From: Trichodesmium erythraeum IMS101
GTDB taxonomy: Bacteria > Cyanobacteriota > Cyanobacteriia > Cyanobacteriales > Microcoleaceae
Direction: 5' to 3'
Assembly: GCF_000014265.1 (NCBI RefSeq)
Contig: NC_008312.1
Span: forward strand, 1-32,000
DNA: 32,000 bases
The notes beneath the pieces were generated by a model. The model worked only from the letters and a program-made list of their open reading frames with translations, searched no databases and was not told the origin of the DNA. Shown here one piece after another: positions 1-10,400 of the stretch (the stretch's first letter is position 1; the number at the start of each line of letters is the position of its first letter). A program made the position numbers and the translations under genes.

Positions 1-26
1 TGTAGCGATATAAAAAGAGGCTAGCA

Positions 27-1397
27 GTGGAAATTTATCTAGATAATTTATGGGACCAAGTTTTAGAAAGGCTCCAATTACAGTTAAGTAAACCAACTTT
101 TGAAACTTGGATTAAAACAGCAACTGCTGAACAATTAGAAAATAATTGTTTAGTAATTCGCGCCCCTAATCCTTTTGCTCGAAATTGGTTACAGAAATAC
201 TATATAAAAACTATTGCTGACGTTGTACATGATATTTTAGGTTACCCAGTAGAAATTTATTTAACTACTTTTTTAGTTGAAGATAGTAGAAAAAATGACT
301 CGGGACTCATTTGGTCTGAACATAAGTCCGTAAATATTCTGGGAGAAAATTTATCTATTCCAAAACCATTACCAGCAAATCTTAATGCCAAATATATGTT
401 TTCTCGGTTTGTAGTAGGTCCAAATAATCGTATGGCTCATGCCGCTTCTTTAGCAGTGGCAGAGTCTCCAGGACAAGAGTTTAATCCTTTATTTTTATGT
501 GGTGGAGTCGGTTTAGGTAAAACTCATTTAATGCAAGCTATTGGTCATTATCGTTTAGATATTTTTCCTCATTCTCAAATATTTTATGTTTCTACAGAAA
601 AATTTACTAATGATTTGATTGCTGCTATTCGTAAAGATAGTCTGCAAGGCTTTAGAGAACATTATCGAGCAGCAGACGTTTTATTAGTAGATGATATTCA
701 ATTTATTGAAGGTAAAGAATATACTCAGGAGGAATTTTTTCATACTTTTAATACTTTGCATGAGGCTGGCAAACAAGTAGTCTTAGCTTCTGATAGACCT
801 CCCAATCAAATTCCTAGTTTACAAGAACGTCTTTGCTCTCGGTTTTCTATGGGATTAATTGCAGATATTCAAGCTCCAGATCTGGAAACTAGAATGGCAA
901 TTTTACTAAAAAAGTCTGAGTATGAAAATATGGTTTTGCCTAGGGATGTAATTGAATATATTGCAACTAGATATCCTTCAAATATTCGGGAGTTGGAGGG
1001 AGCTTTAACAAGGGTTGTTACTTATATTTCTATTTCTGGTTTGCCTATGACTGTGGAAAATATTGCACCTATTTTAAATCCAAAAACAGAAAAGTTAGAG
1101 GCTTCACCAGAGGCAGTTATTAAGGTTGTTTCCGAAAATTTTAACTTATCTATAGAGGATTTGAAGGGTAGTTCTAGAAAGCGAGAAATTACTTTAGCAA
1201 GACAAGTTGGGATGTATTTGATGCGACAACATACTGATTTGAGTTTACCAAAAATTGGAGAGGTTTTTGGAGGAAAAGACCACACCACTGTTTTGTATAG
1301 TTGCGACAAAATTAGTCAGCTACAAAATAGTGACTTAAATTTAGTTCAAACAATTCGACAATTGAGCGATCGAATTAATTTTTCTAGTCGTCATTAG
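27..1397 (+). CDS. dnaA: Chromosomal replication initiator protein DnaA
   Basis: 456-aa ORF with a GTG start preceded by AAAGAGG. AAA+ Walker [10 protein letters not shown], Walker [19 protein letters not shown] sensor region, and a C-terminal DnaA-box-binding HTH ([15 protein letters not shown]). Confidence 0.97.
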   Translation: MEIYLDNLWDQVLERLQLQLSKPTFETWIKTATAEQLENNCLVIRAPNPFARNWLQKYYIKTIADVVHDILGYPVEIYLTTFLVEDSRKNDSGLIWSEHKSVNILGENLSIPKPLPANLNAKYMFSRFVVGPNNRMAHAASLAVAESPGQEFNPLFLCGGVGLGKTHLMQAIGHYRLDIFPHSQIFYVSTEKFTNDLIAAIRKDSLQGFREHYRAADVLLVDDIQFIEGKEYTQEEFFHTFNTLHEAGKQVVLASDRPPNQIPSLQERLCSRFSMGLIADIQAPDLETRMAILLKKSEYENMVLPRDVIEYIATRYPSNIRELEGALTRVVTYISISGLPMTVENIAPILNPKTEKLEASPEAVIKVVSENFNLSIEDLKGSSRKREITLARQVGMYLMRQHTDLSLPKIGEVFGGKDHTTVLYSCDKISQLQNSDLNLVQTIRQLSDRINFSSRH

Positions 1398-1488
1398 TTA
1401 GTATAAATAAGAAGGAGAAGATTAGGTAACTAACAGATCCATCCTTTAGGATTTTTAACATATGGTTATTTTCAATAAGAATGAGGCA

Positions 1489-2330
1489 CTATTTTGTACA
1501 ATAATTACGCATAATTTTATCAAGAGATGTATTGATAGGTAAATACATTCTAGCTCTTTTTAATGCACTAAAATCATGTTCTATGTCATTTAAATTAGGA
1601 GAGTATTTTGGCAAAAATAGTAATTGATGATCCTCTGCTTCTACTAATTCTCTAATAACTTTTTTTCTATGAATTGGTGAATTATCCATAATTAGCACAA
1701 TGGGAATTTTTAATGATGGTAATAAATGTTAAGCTAATCATGGTTCAAATCCCACGACATTTAGGGTTCCTTTCAATATAATTAGTGCTATTAAATCTTT
1801 TTCCTTTTTTCTTATCTCCGCTACTAAATTTTCTCTTTTACCGCGTTTTTCCTCTTGCTCACCATAAACTTTTTTCCCTTTTTTTGAACAGGTATAAATA
1901 TAGTCTTGATTGTCTTCAAATCCTGATTCATTAATAAATAAAAGGCTTTTAATCCCAAATTTTTTGATAAAATTTTGTAGTTTCTGATAATATTTTATTC
2001 TTTATTTTCTATTTCTTTCCCTATAACGAAGTTGTTTTTTTTCAAGGAAAATTCATTCTTTTCAAAGCATAAAATATAGCTGTAAGATTAACTCCAAAAT
2101 TTTTAGCTCTGTCTGACAATGAGCGACTCTGGATTTTGTTTTACATCTTTTTATAATTATTTCTAATCTAATTTTATTCGATGACATTTTACCTTAGTTG
2201 CTGACAATTTTGGGCGAGATAACCATCTATATATCGAAGCTCTTCCTATCCCAAATAAATGAACTATACTTCGGTAATCGTACCACCATTTTCTACAAAA
2301 TTTATTACTTTTTGTCTGAATTATCAACTG
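1489..2330 (-). pseudogene. IS630/Tc1-type (DDE) transposase remnant with stops and frame breaks
   Basis: Track ORF 1489..1698 is the DDE C-terminus (MDNSPIH...LPKYSPNLNDIEHDFSALK). 1891..1980 still reads LQNFIKKFGIKSLLFINESGFEDNQDYIYT, where the usual DESGF has become NESGF. 2163..~2330 encodes an N-terminal HTH (GIGRASIYRWLSR). No single open frame joins these parts. The left and right element ends were not determined. Confidence 0.65.
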
Positions 2331-3823
2331 TAAGCCATGGTGAAAAATAGTTGCTAGTTGACTTAAAATTATTCTACTTAATTTTTGTCTCAATCTTAAT
2401 TGAAACAACTATAAATATATTTAGTCAAGGATACCCTGAAACCTTAAATTTTGAAAAGTGCTGCTAAAAGTTTGATAACTATACCTCAACTTTACCATAA
2501 GCATCTGCTGGGATAACTAAAATTTTATGTGGGGAAACCTGAAAAAATTTAATTTCTCTGACTATAGAACATAGATATAAAGGATTGGAAAACTTAGCTA
2601 ATCAAATACTAAAATACACTCTCTTTGAAAGTTGTCGTTGGGCTATGCAATGTTTTTTATCTTTACCTCAAGTTAAGTTTGAAATTTTGTAGTTTCTACT
2701 GTTAAATGAGTGGGTTGAATCAAATTTTTCAGACAATTAAATACTATATTCTCTCTTGACACGAATCAATTTTTTGTAGTCAACCTGTTAGTAGTTAACT
2801 TAATTTATAAGCTTCACATTTTGCATATATATATCACGAACATTGAAAAAAAGTAATAGTATTTTTTTATATATAATAATAATTATTATTCATAAATTTA
2901 ACTCTATTTACTAGTTATAAAATAGTAATTTTATGAGATATAAATTTGTAATATTAAACTATATAAATAATGAAAAATATCAAGAAAAAACTAGTTTTAG
3001 TTTGATTTACAAAAAAGCATATCTATAATATCAAAAAAATAATGACTTTTCGGCATTTTCATTACATAATTAGGAATTCAGAAAGTTGTTTTTTGATTTA
3101 TTTCATAGTTGTTAAACTTACCAAAAATTATAGTTTTAGTAAGTAAATTTTATTCGTAAAATAAATAGAATAAAAAAATCGGATTTTTCTCCATAATCAC
3201 CTTTATTTATCCTCATAAATATTTAGGAATTAGATTATATTTTAATTCCTTAGCCCAAATGAATGTGCATTGAATAGATTTTCAGTAATTTTGAAATAGG
3301 AGGCTATAATATAGAAGAAACTAAAATTATAAGTTAACGCTAATTTATTTAATATTATTAATTACTTTAGCTGACGCTAAGTTTATTATTAATTGCACCA
3401 AAATCGGCTTTTTTGGAGTAGCAAATTATGCAGAAAAAGGTAGAAAATATAGATGAAATAGCTATTTTGAGACGGAAAATAAAATAGAGGGCAATCTTAG
3501 TAAAATTTCTCTAGAAGTTTTGCCAAAAAAAAGCTAAGGAACTGATAGCCAATTGTCTTAACATCAGCTCAAATATCGAAAAGGCAAGAGGGCGATACTC
3601 ATTATCCAATTAATATTTTAGCTTTCTTTGTCACCCCTTCAGGTTTAATGTAAATTTTATATCTACCTACTTATTAAGGAATAGCAAAAATAAATTATCC
3701 AATTATTGAACTGGACTTATTTATTTCGTTGCCTTTATTGCTTACCTTCTAAATTCTATTTGTTTTGATGGGAAAGTCCCTAATTATGACCTTATAGTTT
3801 TGATTGGTAAAAAATTTTTGGTC

Positions 3824-3854
3824 TGTGGAAAACTTGGGGAAAACTTGTGGAAAA
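3824..3854 (-). promoter_or_regulatory. DnaA-box triplet, 11-bp phased
   Basis: TGTGGAAAA at 3824-3832 and 3846-3854 (reverse complement of TTTTCCACA). TGGGGAAAA, one mismatch, at 3835-3843. Start-to-start spacing is 11 bp. Confidence 0.7.
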
Positions 3855-4232
3855 ATATAAAATCTACAATTTCATCGGCCTTAACCACTTTAAATCAAAT
3901 AGCAAAAGTCTTAATCTAAACCTCAAGGTCTGGGTTTGGTATGTGAAGTATGAATATTGAAAATAGAGGGTATGACAGAAGCCAGAAATGGAAAGCAAAT
4001 TTCAGAGTTTGAGGTACAAATCTGAAGAGTAAAAATCTTGTATTGTGAGAATTTTTCTTACTAAATGTGTACCTAATAACAACCAAAAGTACTGTAAATT
4101 GGCTCTAACTATATTTGAGATATGTGAGAATGTTGCATTTGCCCTAACTACTTTTATATCTTATCAGTTTGGAGTATCTCAAAATTTGAAGTTATGAAAA
4201 ATCTCAAACTTTCTCTTGAAGCAAAAATAAAT

Positions 4233-4316
4233 TTTTCCACAGGTTTTCCACAGGTATTTATTGGTGAAATCATTGATATAGTAAAAAAAAAATTGGAGTT
4301 TTCCACATTTTCCACA
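4233..4316 (+). promoter_or_regulatory. Four perfect DnaA boxes in two pairs
   Basis: TTTTCCACA at 4233-4241 and 4244-4252 (11-bp phasing), and at 4299-4307 and 4308-4316 (directly abutting). Confidence 0.75.
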
Positions 4317-4460
4317 GATATTAACCTGAGATTTTATTACTCATATCTTTCGTCTAATTTTAGAGGTCTAGATTATTCAAGTTAAGAATGTTAAAATTTC
4401 GATCTGAGGTAAGTTTTATTGAAAAAACCTCAGGTTCTTAATATGAATAACTAAACTCAA

Positions 4461-4490
4461 ATGAAATTAACTTGTACTCAAAGTGACTTA
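4461..4490 (+). CDS. dnaN: dnaN exon 1 (10 codons)
   Basis: ATG at 4461 encodes MKLTCTQSDL, followed immediately by GTGCGACTCGTTGG. Confidence 0.9.
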
Positions 4491-7400
4491 GTGCGACTCG
4501 TTGGCTACTAAGACTGAGGAAACAGTTATAAATAGCCATTCCAAGTCAATACATGAGGACAACCTCGACTTGTGGATAACTCTTATGTCCTTAGTGGTGA
4601 AATTCCGCCGCCCTGTTGTTGGGTAGAAAGCATAGGCCACACGGCAGCGAATGAATATCAAAACTGTGAAGCTGGCCTAAATGAGGTCAAAGCTTTAACT
4701 ACCAAATAAGTGAGACCCCTAGCAGAGACTGACAAGTGGACAAACAGGAAGTAATTAAACTCTCGTAATTTGAAACCATTTCAAAGGTAGCTATGGAATG
4801 TTGGACTAAAGTCAGGGGGTCAATGGATAATCCTATTAAGTCAAGATTATCAACAACCATACCGAACCCTCCGGGAGATTTTACCTCACTAAATCAGTCG
4901 TAATAAAGGAGTAAGGGAACGAGGAAACCTCTCTAAGACACCTAAGAATATAGGTCGAAAACTTAGGAAGCCATTCAAGGCAAATCTACGCATAGGGTCG
5001 TAGGTTTTAGGGAGAGTAGGATTGGGTAAGAAGCATATCTATGCAGACGTACCCACTTTTAGACGTAATGTAAGGTAATGATTAGCAATGAATAAGGCTA
5101 AAACGCTAAAAAGAATATTGGGTAATCCAAAACCCTTTTTAAGTGTGGCATGGGGTACAGACTATATATTGTCCCGTGTATGTGTCAATCTTCACTTGAA
5201 GTGGAAAGATATTGACGGGAAACGGGTCTTGAAGAATATGTTTAAGTTGCAAAAGTTAATTTACAAAGCATCCAGTTGTGGTGAAATTCTCAATAGACGT
5301 AGATATCAAAAACTTCTGACCAAAAGTTATTACGCAAGGTTGTACCTGTTAGAGGCCTGAAACAGGATAATCAGGGAAAGAAAACTACTGGTATAGGTGG
5401 TATTAAAAATCTACGATATCAACACTCTGATATTATTATTATAAGGTACATCAAACTTAAAGGTAGTAAATAACAATTAGATGTTGACTGGATCTATTTG
5501 AGTAACAGAATGGGTAAAGATCCGGGTATAACGAAAGAAGTGACAAGAAACAGCAAAAGAATAAATGCACATCTTATGGATTAACCCTCAGAGATACTGT
5601 TTTAAGGTCAGTAGACTACATAAAACTAAGGTCTTAAGGTGGTGACAACACTTAGAAGGATCAACAACTGTTATACCTAGATTGCCACGATACTAAAACT
5701 GCCTCAGATCAGAACACATATTCAAAACTAACAAGGTTACAGGACTTAACTAGTTATTAATTATGGGATATGTAGATTTTAAGGTAGGGATGTACCCTTC
5801 AGTTGGGACGTTTAAGAGGGGAGCCGTGATGAGGTGAAAGTCTCACGTCCGGTTCTGAAGACGAGTTGAATGAGGTAACTCATTTGGCTTAGTTTAACAG
5901 CAGTAACCTTTCTCTAGTTAGTCGTGCAGTTCCTTCTCGACCTAATCACCCAGGTGCGACTCGTTGGCCACTAAACCACAAATGGGTATAAATGGCCGTT
6001 CAAAGTCAATAATATGAGGACAACCTCGACTTGTGAATAACTCTTATGTCCTTGTAGGTGCAATTCCTACCACCCTGTTGTTGGGTTGACAGCATAGGCC
6101 ACACGGTAGAGACTGAACATCAACCCGTGAAGCTGGCTTAAACGGGGTCAAAGCTTTAACTATCAAATAAGTGAGATTTCTAGCAGAGACTGACAAGTGG
6201 ACGAATAGGAAGGTAATTAAACTCTCGTTATTAGGAAAATTCCAAAGATAGCTATGGAATATAGGACGAAAGTTCAGAGGGTCAATGGATAATTCTATCT
6301 GGGTGGAATTATTAACAACCATAACCGTACTCTCCGGGGGAATTTACCCCACTAAATCAGTCGTAACAAAGGTATAAGGGAACGAGGAAACCTCTCTAAG
6401 ACACCTAAGAAGATGACTTAGGAAGCCATTCAAGGTCAATCTATGTAAAAGGACGTAGGTTTTAGGGAGAGTAGGATTGGGTAATAAGCACAATTAGCAG
6501 ACGTACCCACTGTTAGACGTAATGTAAGCTAACAATTAGCAATTAATAAGGCTAAAACACTAATAAGAAAGCTAGGTTAACCTAGACTATTTTTAAGTGT
6601 GGCATGGGATACAGACGATATACTATCTCAAATATCTATAAATCATGCTCTTAAGTTAAAAGAGATAGACTGGAAATGGGCCCTGAAGAATGTATTTAAG
6701 TTGCAATAGTTAATTTACAGAGCATCCAGCTTTGGCAAAATTCGCAATATCATTAAGTATCAAAGATTTATGACTTCTAGTGATTATGCTTTGTTACTAA
6801 CTGTTAGGCGCGTGAGCCAAGATCATTAAGGTAAGAAAGTGGTGACAATATCTAATAAAAACAAATAGTTATTGCACCGGCACTGCCATGATTTGAAAAC
6901 TGCCCAAGAGTAGCAATTATACTTTAAGAATTAGTTAGCTCCCTTGGTGAATTTCAAAGGGTGTACTTATAAAAAGGGACGTTTAGCAGAGGAGCCGTGA
7001 TGAGGTGAAAGTCTCACGTCCGGTTCTGAAGACGAGCAGACTCTATAAAGGATAGCCGGAAATGGGCTTGCTTAGTTTAACTACTAGCAAATGTTTTATT
7101 AACTGCAGATGTTGATTCTCAATGTCTAGAGTTAACAGGTTTTGACTTAGGTTTAGGAATTCGTTCCAGCTTTCCAGCAGTTGTAGAAACCAGTGGAAGT
7201 TTTACTTTACCTGCCAAATTATTTAATGATATTGTTTCTGTGCGACTCGTTGGTTAGTTAAAACTGATGAAACTTCGGTATAACAAGCCTTCCATGGCAT
7301 ATTTTGAAGGAGGTTAAAGATAAGGCTAGTGGAAAACTCTTATGTCCTTGATGGTGAAATTCTATCCGCCTTGTTGTTGGGTTGACAGCATAGGCCACAC

Positions 7401-10400
7401 GGTAGCGACTGAATATCAATCCGTGAAGCTGGTCTAAATGCGGGAAAATACTAGTTGCCAGGAACGATACCGCTAGCAAAGGCTGACAAGTGGACGAACA
7501 GTAAGGTAATTAAACTCTCGTTATATCAAACCATTCCCAAGGCAGCTATGGAATGTAGGACAAAAGTCAGAGGGATAATGGATATAGGGATGGAAACCTT
7601 TATATTAACAACTAGTATGAACCCTCCGGGAGATTTTACCCCACTAAATCAGTCGTAATAAAGGCATAAGGGAACGAGGAAACCTCTCTATGACTCCTAA
7701 GTAAATAGTTGATAACTTAGGAAGCCATTCAAGGTCAATCTACACGAAAGGTTGTAGGTCAAAGAGAGAGTAGGATTGGGTAAAAAGCTTTGATTGCTGA
7801 CGTACCCACTGTTAGACGTAATGTGAAGTAACAACTAGCAATGAATAAGGCTAAAACACTAAAGAGAAATAATGGTAATCCTAATTTATTTTTAAGCGTG
7901 GCATGGGATACGGTCTATAATATGCTTTTCTAATTGAGTATCAAGCCAAAACCAAAATGGAAAGATATCAATTGGAAATGGGTTTTGAAGAATGTATTTA
8001 AGTTGCAAAAGTTAATTTACAGAGCATCCATTAGTGGCAATATCTGCAAGATGCATAAATACAAAAAAATTCTGACTTCTAGTTACTACGCTAGATTGAT
8101 AGCTGTTAGACGCCTGACCTAGGTAGACCCGAGAAAGAAAACTGCCGGGGAATTTGATAGTTCAATGAAAATTGACTTGATTTATCTAAAGTTACACATA
8201 TATAGCGATATTGTAGCAGTATGAGTAATAAGCAAAAACTATGTTAAGAAGTAGCGATTGCTTCTTTACGATTGTGTTTCCTGCTTGTGAAGATAAATTA
8301 CAGGCTGCGGTCAGTGGTATGGGGGTGAAACACGGAAGTTAGCTCCAAAGCTTATGTAAATCCTGAGGGATGTAAGTTTGGGTAAGTTTGATAGAACGGA
8401 ATAAACCTGGATTCGATTTTCGAGGTTTTACCATCAGATAAGGTCAGGTAAAGACAGCAAAATTAGGATTTAAGACTCTGATTAAATAATCTTTTGAGAG
8501 TATCAAAATTCATTATTGAAGATTAGCAGTTTTATGTAACTCACATAAAACTGCACCAGTAGAAGCACTGATAGCTAAACTGGATTAGGTAATCAGAAGA
8601 TAGGCCAACTATTTTTCAGGCGTAGTCAGTAAGAAAATATTCAATAAGTTGGATAATCTCTTAGGTTAAAGACTAGGTCGATGGGCAAGGTCGTTGGCAT
8701 CCAAATAAGTCAGTCAGATGGATAAAACAGAAGTATTTCTCCAAAGTAGGGATGCGGATTTTGTAAATTGACCTTTAGATCGATAGACCTAATAGAGATA
8801 GATCAAAAAATATCAAGGTCTAGAGTTGGTGAGAACACCTACAAGAACAAACAACTGTTGCACTGATGTTGCACTGATATTGCCAGGATACTAAAACTGC
8901 TTGAGATCACAAAACATCTCCAAATCTCAAGTTACATGACTTAATATCTTGAGACAATGAGCAGGGATGTACCCTTGAATTGGGACGTTTAGGAGAGGAG
9001 CCGTGTGAGGTGAAAGTCTCATGCACGGTTCTGAAGACGAGCCGGGTAGGGTAACTTACCAGGCTTAGTTTAACAGACTACCAGAAGGTAACATTACCAT
9101 TGATGATGATGCAGGGGAAGCGATCGCTACTCTTACTTCTACATCTGGTCGTTATCAAGTTAGAGGTATGGGAGGAGAAGAATATCCAGAATTACCAAAT
9201 GTGGAAGCTGGGGAAGTTATCAATTTACAATCGGAAGCTTTAATTGATGGCTTGAGAGGAACTTTATTTGCTACAAGTCCTGATGAAACCAAACAAGTAT
9301 TGACGGGAGTACATTTAAAAGTACAAACAGATGGTTTGGAGTTTGTAGCAACAGATGGTCATAGGTTGGCTATTGTCGTGCGACTCGTTGGCTAGTAAAA
9401 ACCTCCCTTAAGCAGGTATAGCAAGCCTTCCACTACAAGTTTTAGAGGAGATTAAACATAAAGCCAGTGGAAAACTCTTATGTCCTTGGTGGTGAAATTC
9501 CATCCGCCTTGTTGTTGGGTTGACAGCATAGGCCACACGGTAGCGACTGAACATCAATCTGTGAAGCTGGTCTAAATGAAGTCAAAGTTTCAATTAGCAA
9601 ATAACTGAGACTTTTAGCAGAGGCTAACAAGTGGACGAACAGGAAGGTAATCAAACTCTCGTTACCAACACCTATTTCAAAGTTGTATAGGTAATATAGA
9701 ACTAAAGTCAGAGGGTCGATGGATATAGACATGGCAATATCTATATCAACAACCATATAGAATTCTCCGGGAGAGTTTACCCCACTAAATTAGTCGTAAT
9801 AAAGGCATAAGGGAACGAGGAAACCTTTTTAAGACACCTAAGAATATAGGTCGAGAACTTAGGAAGCCATTCAAGGTCAATCTACACACTTAGTCGTAGG
9901 TCTTAGAGAGAGTAGGATTGGGTAAAAAGCAATATTAGCAGACGTACCCACTGTTAGACGTAATGTAAGGTAACAATTAGCGATGAACAAAGCTAAAACA
10001 CTAAAAATAAATTTAGGGTCACCTAAACTATTTTTAAGTGTGGCATGGGATACAGACAATATACTGTTTTAAGTCAGTGTTGCTCGAATTTTGTTGTGGA
10101 AAAACATAGATTGGAAAAGGGTTCTGAGGAATGTGTTTAAGTTGCAAAAGTTAATTTACAGAGCATCCAGCCGTGGCAACAAGGTTTTTGATGGGTTGAC
10201 AATATTGTCGGCACACTCAGTAGGGAATGTTGGCACACTCAGCAGGGGTGTACCCTTGAATTGGGACGTTTAGGAGAGGAGCCGTGTGAGGTGAAAGTCT
10301 CACGCACGGTTTTGAAGACGAGTTGGGTAGGGTAATTTACCTGGCTTAGTTTAACCAGACAGAAAGTGTAATGCAGGAGGGTGAGGAAGAAATAGAGGAA

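Larger units (their letters stand above)
3824..4316. promoter_or_regulatory. oriC: Candidate oriC: two opposed clusters of cyanobacterial-type DnaA boxes (TTTTCCACA)
   Basis: Six perfect 9-mers plus one copy with a single mismatch, read directly (see the two sub-features). They lie between dnaA and dnaN, about 150 bp upstream of the dnaN ATG. TTTTCCACA is the box variant I recall for cyanobacterial origins. Confidence 0.7.

Noticed and set aside
1022-1309. 95-aa minus-strand ORF within dnaA, and the 80-aa minus-strand ORF 17929..18171 within the helicase-like gene
   Set aside because: Both are antisense shadows of well-supported long ORFs.
1741-1755. GGTTCAAATCCCAC, resembling a tRNA T-arm
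   Set aside because: The flanks do not form a T-stem, an acceptor stem or an anticodon arm, and it lies inside the IS630 pseudogene reading frame.
4194-4385. 63-aa ORF just upstream of dnaN
   Set aside because: Its sequence is made of the four DnaA boxes (the FPQVF and FSTFSTD peptides come from TTTTCCACA repeats). It has no RBS and no recognisable protein features.
4571-4579. TGTGGATAA, a perfect E. coli-type DnaA box, inside intron 1, and TTATCCACA at 25266-25274
   Set aside because: Both are isolated single copies. The first lies in a conserved intron segment (intron 2 has TGTGAATAA at the same place). There is no clustering, so both are probably chance or structural sequence.
6044-6322. 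Minus-strand ORFs inside introns (6044..6322, 7258..7479, 9478..9756, 9877..10059) that resemble each other
   Set aside because: They lie antisense to conserved group II intron domain I RNA. Their similarity reflects intron paralogy, not protein conservation. The plus-strand 7455..7658 is likewise intron RNA.
7240-9074. A possible twintron (intron within an intron) to explain the 1835-nt length of intron 3
   Set aside because: There is no second GTGCGAC 5' end and no second domain V inside it. The extra length is accounted for by more extensive IEP (RT7/X/En) remnants.
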